From: Opitutia bacterium
Lineage (GTDB): Bacteria > Verrucomicrobiota > Verrucomicrobiia > Opitutales > T3Sed10-336
NCBI GenBank assembly: GCA_050506795.1
Contig: JBJHCF010000009.1
Span: 65,801-129,800, forward strand
Direction: 5' to 3'
Length of the DNA stretch: 64,000 nt
The translations under genes were made by a program, and so were the position numbers. The notes beneath the pieces are model-generated. The model saw only the letters and a program-made list of their open reading frames with translations. It had not been told where the DNA came from and did not search any database. Below, in pieces: positions 41,901 to 50,064 of this stretch (within the stretch, counting starts at the first letter, position 1; each line of letters begins with the position of its first letter).

Positions 41901-44900
41901 CACGAATTCCTCGGAATACGGGCGTCTGACGGTGTCGGGCGAGGCGACGTTGGAAGGGGTCCTGGAAGTGACGTTTACCGACGCGTTCGCTCCGCAAATT
42001 GGCGATCTCTTTGAGATCATCGCCGCGGGATCGGTCGAGGGAACCTTCGCCTCCGTGGAAGCGCCGGAGGAAATCGGGGACGGCTTTATCGAAGTCATCT
42101 ACCGCGAAGACGGGGTCGCCATTCTCATTTCCGGAGCGCCTCCTCTGCAGGCCCGCGATCCCTTCCCCGCCGATGGCCAGGAAAACGTGGCCCGGCATCC
42201 GATTCTCAGTTGGTCCGACGGAGGGCTCACCAGCAGCTTCAACGTTTATTTTGGAACCGAGCCCGAACCCGGTGTGGCGCAATTCCAGGGAACCATCACC
42301 GGCACCGGTTTTGATCCCGGACAGCTCGATTACGCGACCACTTACTACTGGCGTGTCGATTCCGAGAATGAAGTCGACCTGACGTCCGGCGAGGTGTGGT
42401 CGTTCACCACCCGCCCTGAGCCGGCGAGCATCGCCGGAATTGTTTGGCGGGATGACGACGGAGACGGTGTGTTCGGTCCCGAGGAAGCTCCCATCGAGGA
42501 CCGCTGGGTGTATTTGGATCTCAATAACAACGGCGTGCGCAATTCCGGCGAACCGCAGATACGTACGGAAGCCGATGGCTCTTACCTCTTTGACGATCTG
42601 GCACCGGGAGAATACGTGGTTCGTAAGATTCTTCCCAACGCCTGGGAGCAGACCTTCCCCGAAGGCGGGACCGCCCAGGTGGTGACGGTGGAGCCCGGAG
42701 AGGATCTGACCGGGGTGGACTTCGGAAGCCGGCGGGCGGCGCCGGTGGTGGTGGCGGCCTCCACCAGCCCGTCCTCGCCGATTCCGGCGACCAATGAACT
42801 GGTGGTTACCATTCGCTTCGACCGAACCATGGATCCCGCGATTGATCCGGAGGTGACCTTTGTGCCGCAGGATGGCGCCGAGGCTCCCGTGGTCCCGGGA
42901 GGCGGTCAGTGGTCGCGGACCTCGCGCACCAACGACACTTACCGGACGCCGCCGATCGACGTGGCGGCGGGGATGGACGGCGAGCACGCCATCCGGGTCG
43001 CCGAAGCGACCGACCCGTTTGGACTGGTGATGGAATCCGCCGAGGTTTTGCAGGTTGCGATCAATGCGACCCCGCCCCAAACCGTCACGCCGACGGTCAC
43101 GAATATCACCGAGTCCACCATCACCATCGGTTGGTCCGAATACGAAGCACCCGCGGACCTGAACCTTTTCCGCATCTATCGCGAGGACGCGCCCTTCGCT
43201 TCCCTGGACGGCTTGGCTGCCCTCGACGGTACCGGCGCCGCCGCCCGCGAATACACCTTCACCGGGCTGGACCTCGACCGGGAATATCATGTGGCGGTCG
43301 GCGCGGTGGATACCGCGTTGAACATGGACCGCGAAGTGACGTCGATTCCGGTCATCATCGAGAGCGATCTCCCGCCGCCGCTGACACCGGAACTGTCCTC
43401 ACCCCGGCTGACGGCGGCGTTGCTCGAGTGGAGCGATTACGATACCTCCGAGCTTTTCGGCTTCGCCGGATACTGGATTTTTGTGGAGGAAACGGACTTT
43501 TCCTCGGTGGATGGTTTGGAGCCCTACGCGGTGACGGGGCCGGAGGCGGAAAGCTACGAAGTCGGCGGTCTGGACCGGACACTTGATTACTACCTGGCGG
43601 TGGTTCCCTTCAACCGGCTCGATGAATACGTCAGCGAAGTGACCACCGTGCACTGGCGCGATCCCCTGGCGGAAACCCTGACCGTCGATCTGGCGATCGG
43701 GGGAGAAGGGGAAACCTTCGAGGTATTCAATCCCCTGGTGGTCGAGGGGGGAGCGACGCTCACCCTGCGCGCCGGAACCACCCTGACCTTTGCCGCGAAC
43801 GCCGGAATCGAGATTGTGGAAGGCCGGCTGTTTTCCGAAGGAACGCCGGAACACCCGGTGCACCTGACCGCCGCGGTCGAGGCGGGACGCGGCGCCTGGC
43901 AAGGGGTGATTCTCGGACCCGGCGCCGACGGGTCGGAAATCTCCCACACCTGGATTCGGCACGGCGGCGGACTGCTCATCGATGGCAGCCGCGATCACCT
44001 GCTGCAAGGCCTGCGGGTGGTCTGGAACCTGCCGGCGGGCATCGAGTTGATGAACGGCGCGGAAGCGAGCGTGCATGATTCGTTTGTGGCGCTCAACGAG
44101 GACGACGGACTTTGGGTGGGGGGCGACAGCACTCTGACCCTTCGCGGTTCGGTGATTAAGAACAACGCTCGCGAAGCGACCGTGGAAAACGGGTCTTCGC
44201 TGGATGCCCGTGAAAACTGGTGGGGCAGCGAGGATCTGGCGGACGTTTCCCTGGAAATCGAAGGCGATGCCGACCTGGCCGATCCCCTGACCCGGGAGCC
44301 CATCCTCGGCGCCGCGGTTTCACCGTTGCATGGGCCGGTTACCGGGGACCGGGAAATCGTGCTGCGCCTGATGTCCCCCAACGCGACCAGCTTCCGGGCC
44401 AGCGAGGACTCCACCTTCGCCGGGGTGTTCTTCCAGGACATCGAAGCCGATGAAGCCGGGGCCGACCTTTACCGGAGCACTCCGGTGGAGGCGCCGTTCA
44501 CCCTCTCGGATGGGGCCGGGGTGAAGACCCTCTTTATCGAACTGCGCGCTGCCGACGGATCGATCGCCGACCCGATCACCCTGGAAATTGAATACGTCAC
44601 CGACGGCCCGGTCATCACCGCATTCAGTTTGCAGGAGGGTGACGAGTTCAGCCGTCCGGCGGAGGTCTCCGGTTCGGCCGAATCGGAGCAGGGGATCGCC
44701 GCTCTGGAGTTTTTTGTGGAGGGCGAACTCGTGCTGGCGTCCGCGGACGGCGAACTGCAGGGAGTGTGGGATTTTCGTGGTCGCGAGGCTTCAATCGTCC
44801 GGGTGCGTCTCCAGGCGACGGATACTCTCGGCCTGATCGCCACCCGCGAGCACAATGTGCGCCTGTCGCCTGAACCCCCGCCTCCGCCAACAATCGTTTC

Positions 44901-47900
44901 GCCGCTCGACGGATCGTTGTTCAGCGATCCGCAGGTGACGGTCTCCGGCACGGCCGAGCCGGGAGTAGATGTGCAGGTTGTGCGCAACGGCATTGTTCTG
45001 GGAACGGTGACCGCGGGCGGAGACGGAACCTTCACCCTGGAAAACGCCCAGCTTTCGGAGGGCAGCAACACCCTGGTGGCCCGGGCTACCGATGCGGTGG
45101 GTTCGACTTCCTCTCCCGCGGTTAACGTCAACCTCGACACGGTGCCTCCGGCGCCCCTGATCGTGGAGTCGGCCGAGTACCTCACCAATCGGGGAATCCA
45201 GGTGTTCTGGCGCTTCCCGACCAGCGGAAAACGGGCGACCAGTTTTCGCGTCCTTTGGAGCGAGGACCCCATTGAAACCGCCGGTGACGCCGACGGTCAG
45301 AGCGATCCGATCACGGTGACGGATTATCTTATCGAAGGGATCCCTGATGGGGATTATTACATCGCGGTCGTGGGATTCGATGGGGCCGGCAACTCCAGCG
45401 GGCTGTCCAATGTCCTGACCGCGATTTACGACGACACTCCACCGGCCTTCACCATTGCCTACGATCAGGCGATGCCCATGGGGCCCGGGGATTTGGGCAT
45501 TACGCTCACCGCAAGCGAAGCCTTGCGGTCAACCCCGACCCTGACCGTGCGGCCGGCGAATTTTTCCACGCCGATTTCAGTTTCCCTGACCGAAGCCGGA
45601 GGCAATACCTACACGGGGACCTACCTGGTCTCTCCCCTGTCCGGATCGACCGGCACGGCGGAGGTGCGGGTGTCGGGACGCGACCTGGCCGGGAATTCGT
45701 TCGCGGGTGCTCCCTCCGGGCCCGACCTGGTCTTTGACCTTTCCCGTCCGGTCGCGAGCATCGCGGTGGACCAAGCCGAACCGGTTCAGGTTTTCGACGG
45801 CGACACCGATGTGGGAATCACACTTACCCTGAACAAGTCGGTTCCGGGACCGCCTTCGCTCACGTTTTCGCCGCCGGACGGTCCCGGTGTCGCGGTTTCG
45901 CTTTCCGGAGAGGGCAGCGTTTGGGAGGGTATCCTGACTCTGACCGAATCCATGGGCACCGGCCTGGGGACCTTTGTCTTCTCGGTCACGGACGCGCTCG
46001 GCAATGAAGGCACGGCGATCGAGTCGGGTGGTGAGCTGGAAATCTACAACACCGAGGCCGCGCCTCCTCCTCCGGTTCCGACCGGTTTGGAGGCGGTGAC
46101 CCGTACGGCCGGCGAGATCGGCATCCAATGGAATCCTTCCGCCGGCGCCGAAGTGTATCACCTGTACCGCGCCGAAGGCGGCACCGGACCTCATCCTACC
46201 GAGCGTGTTGCCTCCGGACTGACGGAGACCGTCTTTTTCGATACACCGCCGGAGGATGGCTTCTACCGCTATGCGGTTTCCTCCGAACGCCTGGGATCCG
46301 AAAGTGATCTGTCCGGGATGGTTTCCGCCGAGTCCGACCGCACCCCGCCGGAGGTCCCGGAAAACGTCACCGCCGAGCTCGACCTCGCCGGAACGGTCCG
46401 CATCTCCTGGGACGCGCCGTCTTCCGGCGAAACGCCCGCGGGCTACCGCGTGTATCGGAACGATTCACACGTTGCCTCGCGCGCCAACCCCGGAATCGTC
46501 ACCGACGCTCCGCCCCGCGGGGTGAACGCGTACCGGGTGGCATCGGTCGATTCGGTAGGCAACGAAAACCGCAGCGATCCGGTCACAGTGGAACTCTTCG
46601 TGGGCGCGGTGTCTTCGCTGGTGGCGACCGTCACCGAAGGCGGCGCTCCCGAGCTTTCCTGGATCGGGGAGGACGAGGAAGCGGTCGGGTACAACGTCTA
46701 CGCCGGCGGGGAGCTGCTCAACCAGGGCGGTCCTTTGGTGCAACCCGCGTTCAATGCCGCGGAACCGGTCGACGCCGACGCCGTCGAATTCCGCGTACGG
46801 GCGGTCGATAGTGAAGGACGCGAAAGTGCCGCCCGGACCGTCACGGTATACCCGGTGACCGCGGACCTCGGGTTCAATCTTGATTCGGCCGGCAACGACC
46901 GGGAACTCATGGCCCGGTATTTTGATGTTTATGAAATATCGGCGACTCACAGTGCCGACAGCGACTGGGAATTCCAGGAAGTGGCCGTCACCCGCTTTGA
47001 AGGAGGCAATGCGACGGAGATTTCCCTTCCGCTCGACGCGGAGGCCGGACTGGTCGAAGCGGGCGCGGCGGGCTCCTGGGATATCGTCTTTCCCGGGGTG
47101 ATCGACGCCATGGAGGATTACACCTTCATGCTGGAATTGCGTCAGGTGGAGGAGGACGATTCCGTGGCTTTATATCGGGGACATTTCAACGGACCGGTGG
47201 CGGTTGAGCCCTCGATCATGATTGCCGTGACCACGTCGGAACCGCCATTGGCCGGAGGCGAAAACGATTTCCGCGCCCGCCTCTACAACCGGGGTTATGC
47301 CGACATGGATGTGCTGCTGGTGCGCTCCGGCGGGTCGGAGCCGGGGGACCTGATCCTCGAGGTGCTGGACGCCAACGGTTCGGTGGTGCATGCCGTGCCG
47401 TTCGACCGGCCGGTTTCGGGAATGAGTTTCACCGGCGACGGGCGCGGGTACCTGCGCATTCCGCCGGGCGAGTCGAAAAGCGTGCTCTTTGAGAACGTCC
47501 TGGTCCCGGAAAGCCTGGCCGAAGAGGGCAGCGCCCGCATCCGGGTCCGCGCGCCCGCCATTTACCAGGCCATGGGCACCTCCCGCCAGCGCACTTCCGG
47601 ACCCCTTCGCGGGTCCATGACCACGAACCTGGTGGAATCCCCTTATTTCGGAGTTCTCCAAACCGATGCGCCCGGGTATGCCGACGACCAGCCCATCACG
47701 TTGACGGGTCAGGCCATCGATCGCGAGACCGGTCTGCCGGTGCCGAACGCCGACCTGTCGATCGGTTTTTATGTGCGCGGGTTCCATTGGTTCCGTCAGG
47801 TGACCACCGATGAGAACGGCAACTTCACTTACGAATACACTCCCCCGCCCGGATTGAGCGGTTCCATTGGTTTTTGGGCGTCCCATCCCGACGTGGTGGA

Positions 47901-50064
47901 TGTGCTCGACCAGGCCGAGGTGTCCGTCCTGCGTGTCCTCGCGAGCCCGGCACGGGGTGAGATTCGTATGTCCAAAAACGATACGCTCGACTTCAATCTC
48001 CAGTTGATCAATCCCGGCGACCTGCCGATGGCCCTGGACGGGGTCTCAGCCCGTTTCTATATTGTCGATGACGAGGATGAGGAAATCGAGATCGACACGG
48101 TAACCCTGCACGAGGCGCGACCGCTGCCTTCGAACCTGGGTCCGGATTCCCGGAACCGCGTTCACCTGCGTCTGCAATCGGAGCTGGATGCGCCGGACCT
48201 GGTGATGGCCGAGATCACCTTCGAAACGGAGGAAGGCGCCAGTGCGTTGTTCCGGGCGGAGATCACGCTCTTGCAGGCGATTCCGATTCTCCGGGTGGCG
48301 GAGCCGAGTCGCGGTTACGTGGACCGTTCCCTGGACCGCGGAGACCAGCGCAGTCGCCGGGTGACCATTACCAACGCCGGCCTGCGCGCGCTTGAAGGGG
48401 TGGAAATCGTGCCCCCGCAGAACGTCGAATGGATGAACTTGAGTCTCCCGGCGGACGAAGATGGCATCATTCGCGTTCCCGACCTGGCGGTCGGAGACCA
48501 ACTTGAATTCCAGGTGGTGTACGCGCCGCCCAACGACACCGAGCTCGGCTTTTACGACGATTTCCTGGTCATCCGCGGCGATAACGCGGTGGGGGATTTC
48601 GAAATGAGTCTCTTCGCCGAGATCACATCGAACCTGACCGGTGAGGCCCAGTTTGTCGTGAGCAATATCATCGATCAGCGGGTGCCCAACGCGTCCATTC
48701 GGCTGCGCAACACCGTCAACCGCATTGAGCGCGGACCCTACTACACCAATGCGGAAGGAGAATTCCTGGCCGAAGAGCTGCAGGAGGGCCGCTGGTCCTG
48801 GCAGGTGACGGCGCCCGGGCATTCGGCCGCCACCGGCACGGTCGACGTCGAGCCGGATCAGGTGATACTGGTCGAGCCGGAACTCAACCGGAGTCTCGTA
48901 ACCGTGACCTTCGACGTTGTGCCGGTGCCGTTCACCGACCGCTACGAAATCCGGATCGAACAAACCTTCGAAACCCGAGTGCCCGCGCCGGTGATGCTCT
49001 TCTCGCCGCCGATGTTCGAATTTGAGAACGTCGATTTTGGCTTCGAGACCACCATCATGGCGGAACTTCGCAACGAGGGTCTGATCAGCGTCAATGACGT
49101 TGAAATTGAAGGCGGTCAGTCCGACCTGATGTCCATCACTCCGCTGATTGAATACATCCCGGAACTCCGCCCCGAGCAGGTGGTGGAAATCCCGGTACGG
49201 GTCCGAATCCACGAAGACGCCCGCAATGGCAACGGAGCCGGTCCGCAGGCTTCGCCCCTCGTTTTCAACCCTCACCCCTCCCCCTGTGGGGCGGTGTCGG
49301 GAGAAGACTTTGCCGCCGGTATCGGCGCGATCATGGACCTGGCGGCGGAAGGCGAGTTCGGCAGCGCCTCCAGGGCAAGCCTTAAAAAAGCGCTCGCCGC
49401 CATGTTTATCGGGGCGACCGTTTACGAATCGGTGACCCAGGTGGGCAGCGGGGGACTGGAAACGGTTATCGGTTTTGTCGGCGGCTTTATCGAATGCGCC
49501 GGACATTTCATGAGCGGATCGACTCGTCGCGGCGGCGGAACCCCTTCCCGGGGCGGCGGGACTCCCGGACCTCGCCCGGCCTTCGAAGCCGGAGGCCGCG
49601 GGTGTTTCCTGCCGGATACGCCGGTGACCCTCGCCGACGGCACCACGCGGGCGATCTCGGAACTTGCCGCCGGCGACCGGCTGCGGGCCGGTCCGGATCC
49701 GCGCAGCGTGGGCACGCTGAGCTATCTGTTCCGTTTGGAATCCGACGACGTCCATACGCTCGTTCTCCGCTGCCTCGACGGAACACGCGAGGACCAGGAG
49801 CTGCACGTCACCGGCGAACACCGCCTCTGGCAGGACGGACGGGGCTGGACCCACGTTCGCAACCTTTCGACGGGCGACTGGCTGGCGGCCGAGGGGGGCG
49901 GTCACTGGGAAATCGCTTCCATGGAACGGCTCGAAGGCGAACACACGGTTTACACCTTCCAACTCACCGGCGACCACGCCTTTTACGCCGACGGCGTGCT
50001 GGCTGAAGATGTCTGCGGCGGAGCGTTTTTGGACCTTTCACATGTGGAGGTAGTCTCACAATGA
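32944..50064 (+). CDS. Giant (5,706 aa) secreted multidomain adhesin-like protein with C-terminal Hint domain
   Basis: Signal-like N-terminus; laminin-B-like YYSAPPKFLGDRSAAYG.LRY; two beta-helical blocks; FN3-like TTYYW..VWSFTT; SdrD_B-like VYLDLNNNG.RNSGEP; many Ig/FN3 units; ends CFLPDT...TGEH...GVLAEDVC. Confidence 0.93.
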   Translation: MFPMTVPFLILRRAQVNLLSTVCGAAGLLFGSLQATESLVTDFDDPLIRLDGWKVLTAEGVANDIGNPRWEPAGGNPDGYFAVEDLARGGVIYYSAPPKFLGDRSAAYGLELRYDVSSTTTNSSFDRDDLVLEGENLRLIYRHDPMPEPDGWVSFSLLLEEGSRWRVMDVSEEWEGHGWETEGDTPSESQFIEVLADLRGLYIRGEFWSGSSSLGLDNVEMEVLAGSIQAPMEVVEAYWLGGDGDWTDAANWSTDSYPRNDVPEQGYRYRAIIDAEGDYTVTLDEDLLIEELELDAGGATLEFNSSTLYAPEGIRLLDGRMELNGSLLYATEVTGNPQATLAVTGNSRLLDVTLQSVELFIASGNDVLVAGDLTLDDAVIRLDRTSNFVDTRLRFDDGALQTLAGVGEVIFDGSSSGNLHRQRVEAINEGGHLVVESGITVRTGQQGGQLGNTDNPITNYGTVRAQTDGRFINFYGSNAVNEGSLEAIEGGMLRIDGSFINNAQISGDDGAIELRGDWSNAGTLETVDTLVDFGSEFTLADVGTFSRDGGTVRITGTLHNTGATLMLDESFGTWDLHGGAIIGGTVASDADFRLRATASGRLEEVTLQSVELFLASGNDVLVAGDLTLDDAVIRFDRTSNFVDTRLRFDDGARQTLAGVGEVIFDGTSSGNLHRQRVEAINEGAHLVLAEGITVRTGTQAGQIGNANYPFTNYGRLVAETSDRSLLVAGNDFINEGIIEVRDGGRIQISGLAGDLNTLIMDPSGGRVDLDGDYTLNQDVTVPEGAHLTLSGNWTNTATIILDEGRLDLGDTYSAASLGTITRTRGELRLSGTLENDDTVFDLTAISGDSGEITLDAGTINGGTLTGNDDVLIRVISNSRLENVTLSSLELFIASGNDVLVAGDLTLDDAVIRFGRTSNFVDTRLRFDDGALQTLAGVGEVIFDGTSSGNLHRQRVEAINEGAHLILAEGITVRTGTQAGQIGNASYPFTNYGRLVAETANRTLIAVGSELVNEGSLEAFAGGHLDVRGLSGESNTLLLQDENSRITLAGDYVVSEDVIVYPGTTLSLTGQWHNQATLFLDEGLLNCEGDFNTADLGNVESTGGNVRLIGNLDNTDSLFDIAAYAGNEGTVNLHGGTISGGIISGNGSSVLRVTNNGRLDDGIVLSSLELFIASGNDALVAGDLTLDDAVIRFDRTSNFVDTRLRFDDGALQTLAGVGEVIFDGTSSGNLHRQRVEAINEGAHLVLAEGITVRTGTQAGQVGNTSSPFTNYGRLVAETANRTLIVAGNDFVNEGILEARNGGTIDVRGLTGDSNDILFSGNGGRVILDGDYVINQDVLVPAEARLTLRGDWINQATITAQEGTIDLEGDWSNEGVLAVNDTLIDLDGDITLDALGTLQRDGGTVRLLGTLHNEGGVLALDSTTGSWELHGGSILGGTVSGDGTESLRVTNDGRLDGVTLSSVVLFIASGNDVLVSGDLTLDDATIRFDRTSNFTDTRLRFDDGALQTLAGLGEVIFDGSSSGNLHRQRVEAINEGAHLVLAAGITVRTGTQAGQIGNADYPVTNHGRLLAETANRTLILVGNDLVNQGILEAREGGQLDVRGLTGDAATVLLEGESSRIIVDGIYTLNESVNVLPGARLTLRGEWENPIAVTVDAGTFDLEGDWSNTGAIFASESLVQLDGTFTLAELGDFSRSGGTVRLTGTLDNAETTLDLDEAFGSWNLHGGTILGGEVTGSEDAVLGITDDGRLEQVTLSGIELFIASGNDALVSGDLTLDDAVIRFDRTSNFTDTRLRFDDGALQTLAGAGEVIFDGSSSGNLHRQRVEAINEGAHLVLAAGITVRTGVQAGQIGNASYPLTNHGRLVAETSNRTLIVTGSEFVNQGTLEARGGGTLDAQDLGANAGHLLAGAGGRIITGGNLGDFDSLTFEIGALSGNQFGRIEVSGTATLGESAEVLLTGEAPLNLGDSFTVLEAGSVEGVFAEVTIPEESGVPVLELSYDAQSVIFAVPQRAPLQPIDPVPADGMAEVIINPTLSWNDGGLSESFRLHLGVNPNPMAEPELSTQETTSFNPATLEWGTTYYWQIVALNEYGQTPGPVWSFTTRDEPDLSAGTYWTAAGGNWTDGGNWTSTPHYPDNESPDPGDRYTVIIDAAGVYEIILDSDVTIDRLILDAPGATLRHTGGTLTVLDEVEVLAGTYELAGGTLAEGRLSEGAEGSVQLTANSRFENVTIDSSLEMIVPNSRILYVSGDLTLDNATVRMHSTGSITRIRFDGQEEQHLAGVGEVVFDGDSTSDTRHRVESWGTGTHLVIGEGITIRSGEMGGQIGVSQALTNAGVIVSGTPGRTMEVTTNATFNNNGILVAENGGILEVNGLIGPAGAVTILDAGTEVRLDGDFVVDQDIDVPAGSRLSLAGEMENLASIDVTSAQLDLSGNWVNSGLISAFDSLVDLGGVFRFSDTGIFDRIGGTVRLTGTLNNEGATLHLNETTGSWDLHGGRILGGTIAFADGEALNLTTSSTLENTTLDSSVEFVVSNGNILYVAGNLTLNDAIVRMHSTGSITRIRFEDGEEQHLAGSGEIVFDGDSTSDTRHRVESWSSGTHLIIAEGITIRSGEMGGQIGVSRDVTNHGTIVSETPGRTVEVATNESFTNTGNLRAENGGVLEADGLNGPAGGITVIGQDSRVLLDGNFVVNQNIDVPEGTRLGLLGTVENQAVITVTDARLDLGGSWSNDGVINAVDSLVDLGGTFSLAGLGAFNRTAGTVRLTGTLENEDVTLLLDETTGSWDLHGGRVVGGTIAFADGETLNLTASSTLENATLDSSVEFVVSNGNILYVVGNLTLNDAILRMHSTGSITRIRFEDGEEQHLAGTGEIVFDGDSTSDTRHRVESWSSGTHLVIAEAITIRSGEMGGQVGVSRALTNHGTIVSETPGRTVEINTNETFVNTGLLWASGGGGLTIASLETNTGHLRADASSRIEVGDDAGTGTGFRTQIGGTNSSEYGRLTVSGEATLEGVLEVTFTDAFAPQIGDLFEIIAAGSVEGTFASVEAPEEIGDGFIEVIYREDGVAILISGAPPLQARDPFPADGQENVARHPILSWSDGGLTSSFNVYFGTEPEPGVAQFQGTITGTGFDPGQLDYATTYYWRVDSENEVDLTSGEVWSFTTRPEPASIAGIVWRDDDGDGVFGPEEAPIEDRWVYLDLNNNGVRNSGEPQIRTEADGSYLFDDLAPGEYVVRKILPNAWEQTFPEGGTAQVVTVEPGEDLTGVDFGSRRAAPVVVAASTSPSSPIPATNELVVTIRFDRTMDPAIDPEVTFVPQDGAEAPVVPGGGQWSRTSRTNDTYRTPPIDVAAGMDGEHAIRVAEATDPFGLVMESAEVLQVAINATPPQTVTPTVTNITESTITIGWSEYEAPADLNLFRIYREDAPFASLDGLAALDGTGAAAREYTFTGLDLDREYHVAVGAVDTALNMDREVTSIPVIIESDLPPPLTPELSSPRLTAALLEWSDYDTSELFGFAGYWIFVEETDFSSVDGLEPYAVTGPEAESYEVGGLDRTLDYYLAVVPFNRLDEYVSEVTTVHWRDPLAETLTVDLAIGGEGETFEVFNPLVVEGGATLTLRAGTTLTFAANAGIEIVEGRLFSEGTPEHPVHLTAAVEAGRGAWQGVILGPGADGSEISHTWIRHGGGLLIDGSRDHLLQGLRVVWNLPAGIELMNGAEASVHDSFVALNEDDGLWVGGDSTLTLRGSVIKNNAREATVENGSSLDARENWWGSEDLADVSLEIEGDADLADPLTREPILGAAVSPLHGPVTGDREIVLRLMSPNATSFRASEDSTFAGVFFQDIEADEAGADLYRSTPVEAPFTLSDGAGVKTLFIELRAADGSIADPITLEIEYVTDGPVITAFSLQEGDEFSRPAEVSGSAESEQGIAALEFFVEGELVLASADGELQGVWDFRGREASIVRVRLQATDTLGLIATREHNVRLSPEPPPPPTIVSPLDGSLFSDPQVTVSGTAEPGVDVQVVRNGIVLGTVTAGGDGTFTLENAQLSEGSNTLVARATDAVGSTSSPAVNVNLDTVPPAPLIVESAEYLTNRGIQVFWRFPTSGKRATSFRVLWSEDPIETAGDADGQSDPITVTDYLIEGIPDGDYYIAVVGFDGAGNSSGLSNVLTAIYDDTPPAFTIAYDQAMPMGPGDLGITLTASEALRSTPTLTVRPANFSTPISVSLTEAGGNTYTGTYLVSPLSGSTGTAEVRVSGRDLAGNSFAGAPSGPDLVFDLSRPVASIAVDQAEPVQVFDGDTDVGITLTLNKSVPGPPSLTFSPPDGPGVAVSLSGEGSVWEGILTLTESMGTGLGTFVFSVTDALGNEGTAIESGGELEIYNTEAAPPPPVPTGLEAVTRTAGEIGIQWNPSAGAEVYHLYRAEGGTGPHPTERVASGLTETVFFDTPPEDGFYRYAVSSERLGSESDLSGMVSAESDRTPPEVPENVTAELDLAGTVRISWDAPSSGETPAGYRVYRNDSHVASRANPGIVTDAPPRGVNAYRVASVDSVGNENRSDPVTVELFVGAVSSLVATVTEGGAPELSWIGEDEEAVGYNVYAGGELLNQGGPLVQPAFNAAEPVDADAVEFRVRAVDSEGRESAARTVTVYPVTADLGFNLDSAGNDRELMARYFDVYEISATHSADSDWEFQEVAVTRFEGGNATEISLPLDAEAGLVEAGAAGSWDIVFPGVIDAMEDYTFMLELRQVEEDDSVALYRGHFNGPVAVEPSIMIAVTTSEPPLAGGENDFRARLYNRGYADMDVLLVRSGGSEPGDLILEVLDANGSVVHAVPFDRPVSGMSFTGDGRGYLRIPPGESKSVLFENVLVPESLAEEGSARIRVRAPAIYQAMGTSRQRTSGPLRGSMTTNLVESPYFGVLQTDAPGYADDQPITLTGQAIDRETGLPVPNADLSIGFYVRGFHWFRQVTTDENGNFTYEYTPPPGLSGSIGFWASHPDVVDVLDQAEVSVLRVLASPARGEIRMSKNDTLDFNLQLINPGDLPMALDGVSARFYIVDDEDEEIEIDTVTLHEARPLPSNLGPDSRNRVHLRLQSELDAPDLVMAEITFETEEGASALFRAEITLLQAIPILRVAEPSRGYVDRSLDRGDQRSRRVTITNAGLRALEGVEIVPPQNVEWMNLSLPADEDGIIRVPDLAVGDQLEFQVVYAPPNDTELGFYDDFLVIRGDNAVGDFEMSLFAEITSNLTGEAQFVVSNIIDQRVPNASIRLRNTVNRIERGPYYTNAEGEFLAEELQEGRWSWQVTAPGHSAATGTVDVEPDQVILVEPELNRSLVTVTFDVVPVPFTDRYEIRIEQTFETRVPAPVMLFSPPMFEFENVDFGFETTIMAELRNEGLISVNDVEIEGGQSDLMSITPLIEYIPELRPEQVVEIPVRVRIHEDARNGNGAGPQASPLVFNPHPSPCGAVSGEDFAAGIGAIMDLAAEGEFGSASRASLKKALAAMFIGATVYESVTQVGSGGLETVIGFVGGFIECAGHFMSGSTRRGGGTPSRGGGTPGPRPAFEAGGRGCFLPDTPVTLADGTTRAISELAAGDRLRAGPDPRSVGTLSYLFRLESDDVHTLVLRCLDGTREDQELHVTGEHRLWQDGRGWTHVRNLSTGDWLAAEGGGHWEIASMERLEGEHTVYTFQLTGDHAFYADGVLAEDVCGGAFLDLSHVEVVSQ
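34021..38600 (+). repeat. Six intragenic type-A repeats
   Basis: Core FIASGND.LV.GDLTLDD...GNLHRQRVEAINEG starts at 34021, 34780, 35614, 36451, 37333, 38215. Confidence 0.95.
39625..41760 (+). repeat. Three intragenic type-B repeats (876-nt period)
   Basis: Core DSS.E...MHSTGSITRIRF...DGDSTSDTRHRVESW starts at 39625, 40501, 41377. Confidence 0.95.
49603..50010 (+). other. Hint (intein-like) autoprocessing domain, 136 aa, atypical C-terminus
   Basis: Block A CFLPDTPVTLADG, block B TGEH, GW..L..GD, block F VYT..H.FYADG, end LAED in place of LVHN. Confidence 0.9.

Noticed and set aside
38335..49977. Long minus-strand ORFs (824, 750, 643 aa)
   Set aside because: They are antisense shadows of the giant gene, expected in GC-rich DNA, with no recognisable motifs.
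49603..50010. Hint as a mobile intein or polymorphic-toxin PT-HINT
   Set aside because: No homing endonuclease, no terminal His-Asn, +1 residue is Val, only 17 aa follow and no immunity-like gene lies downstream.
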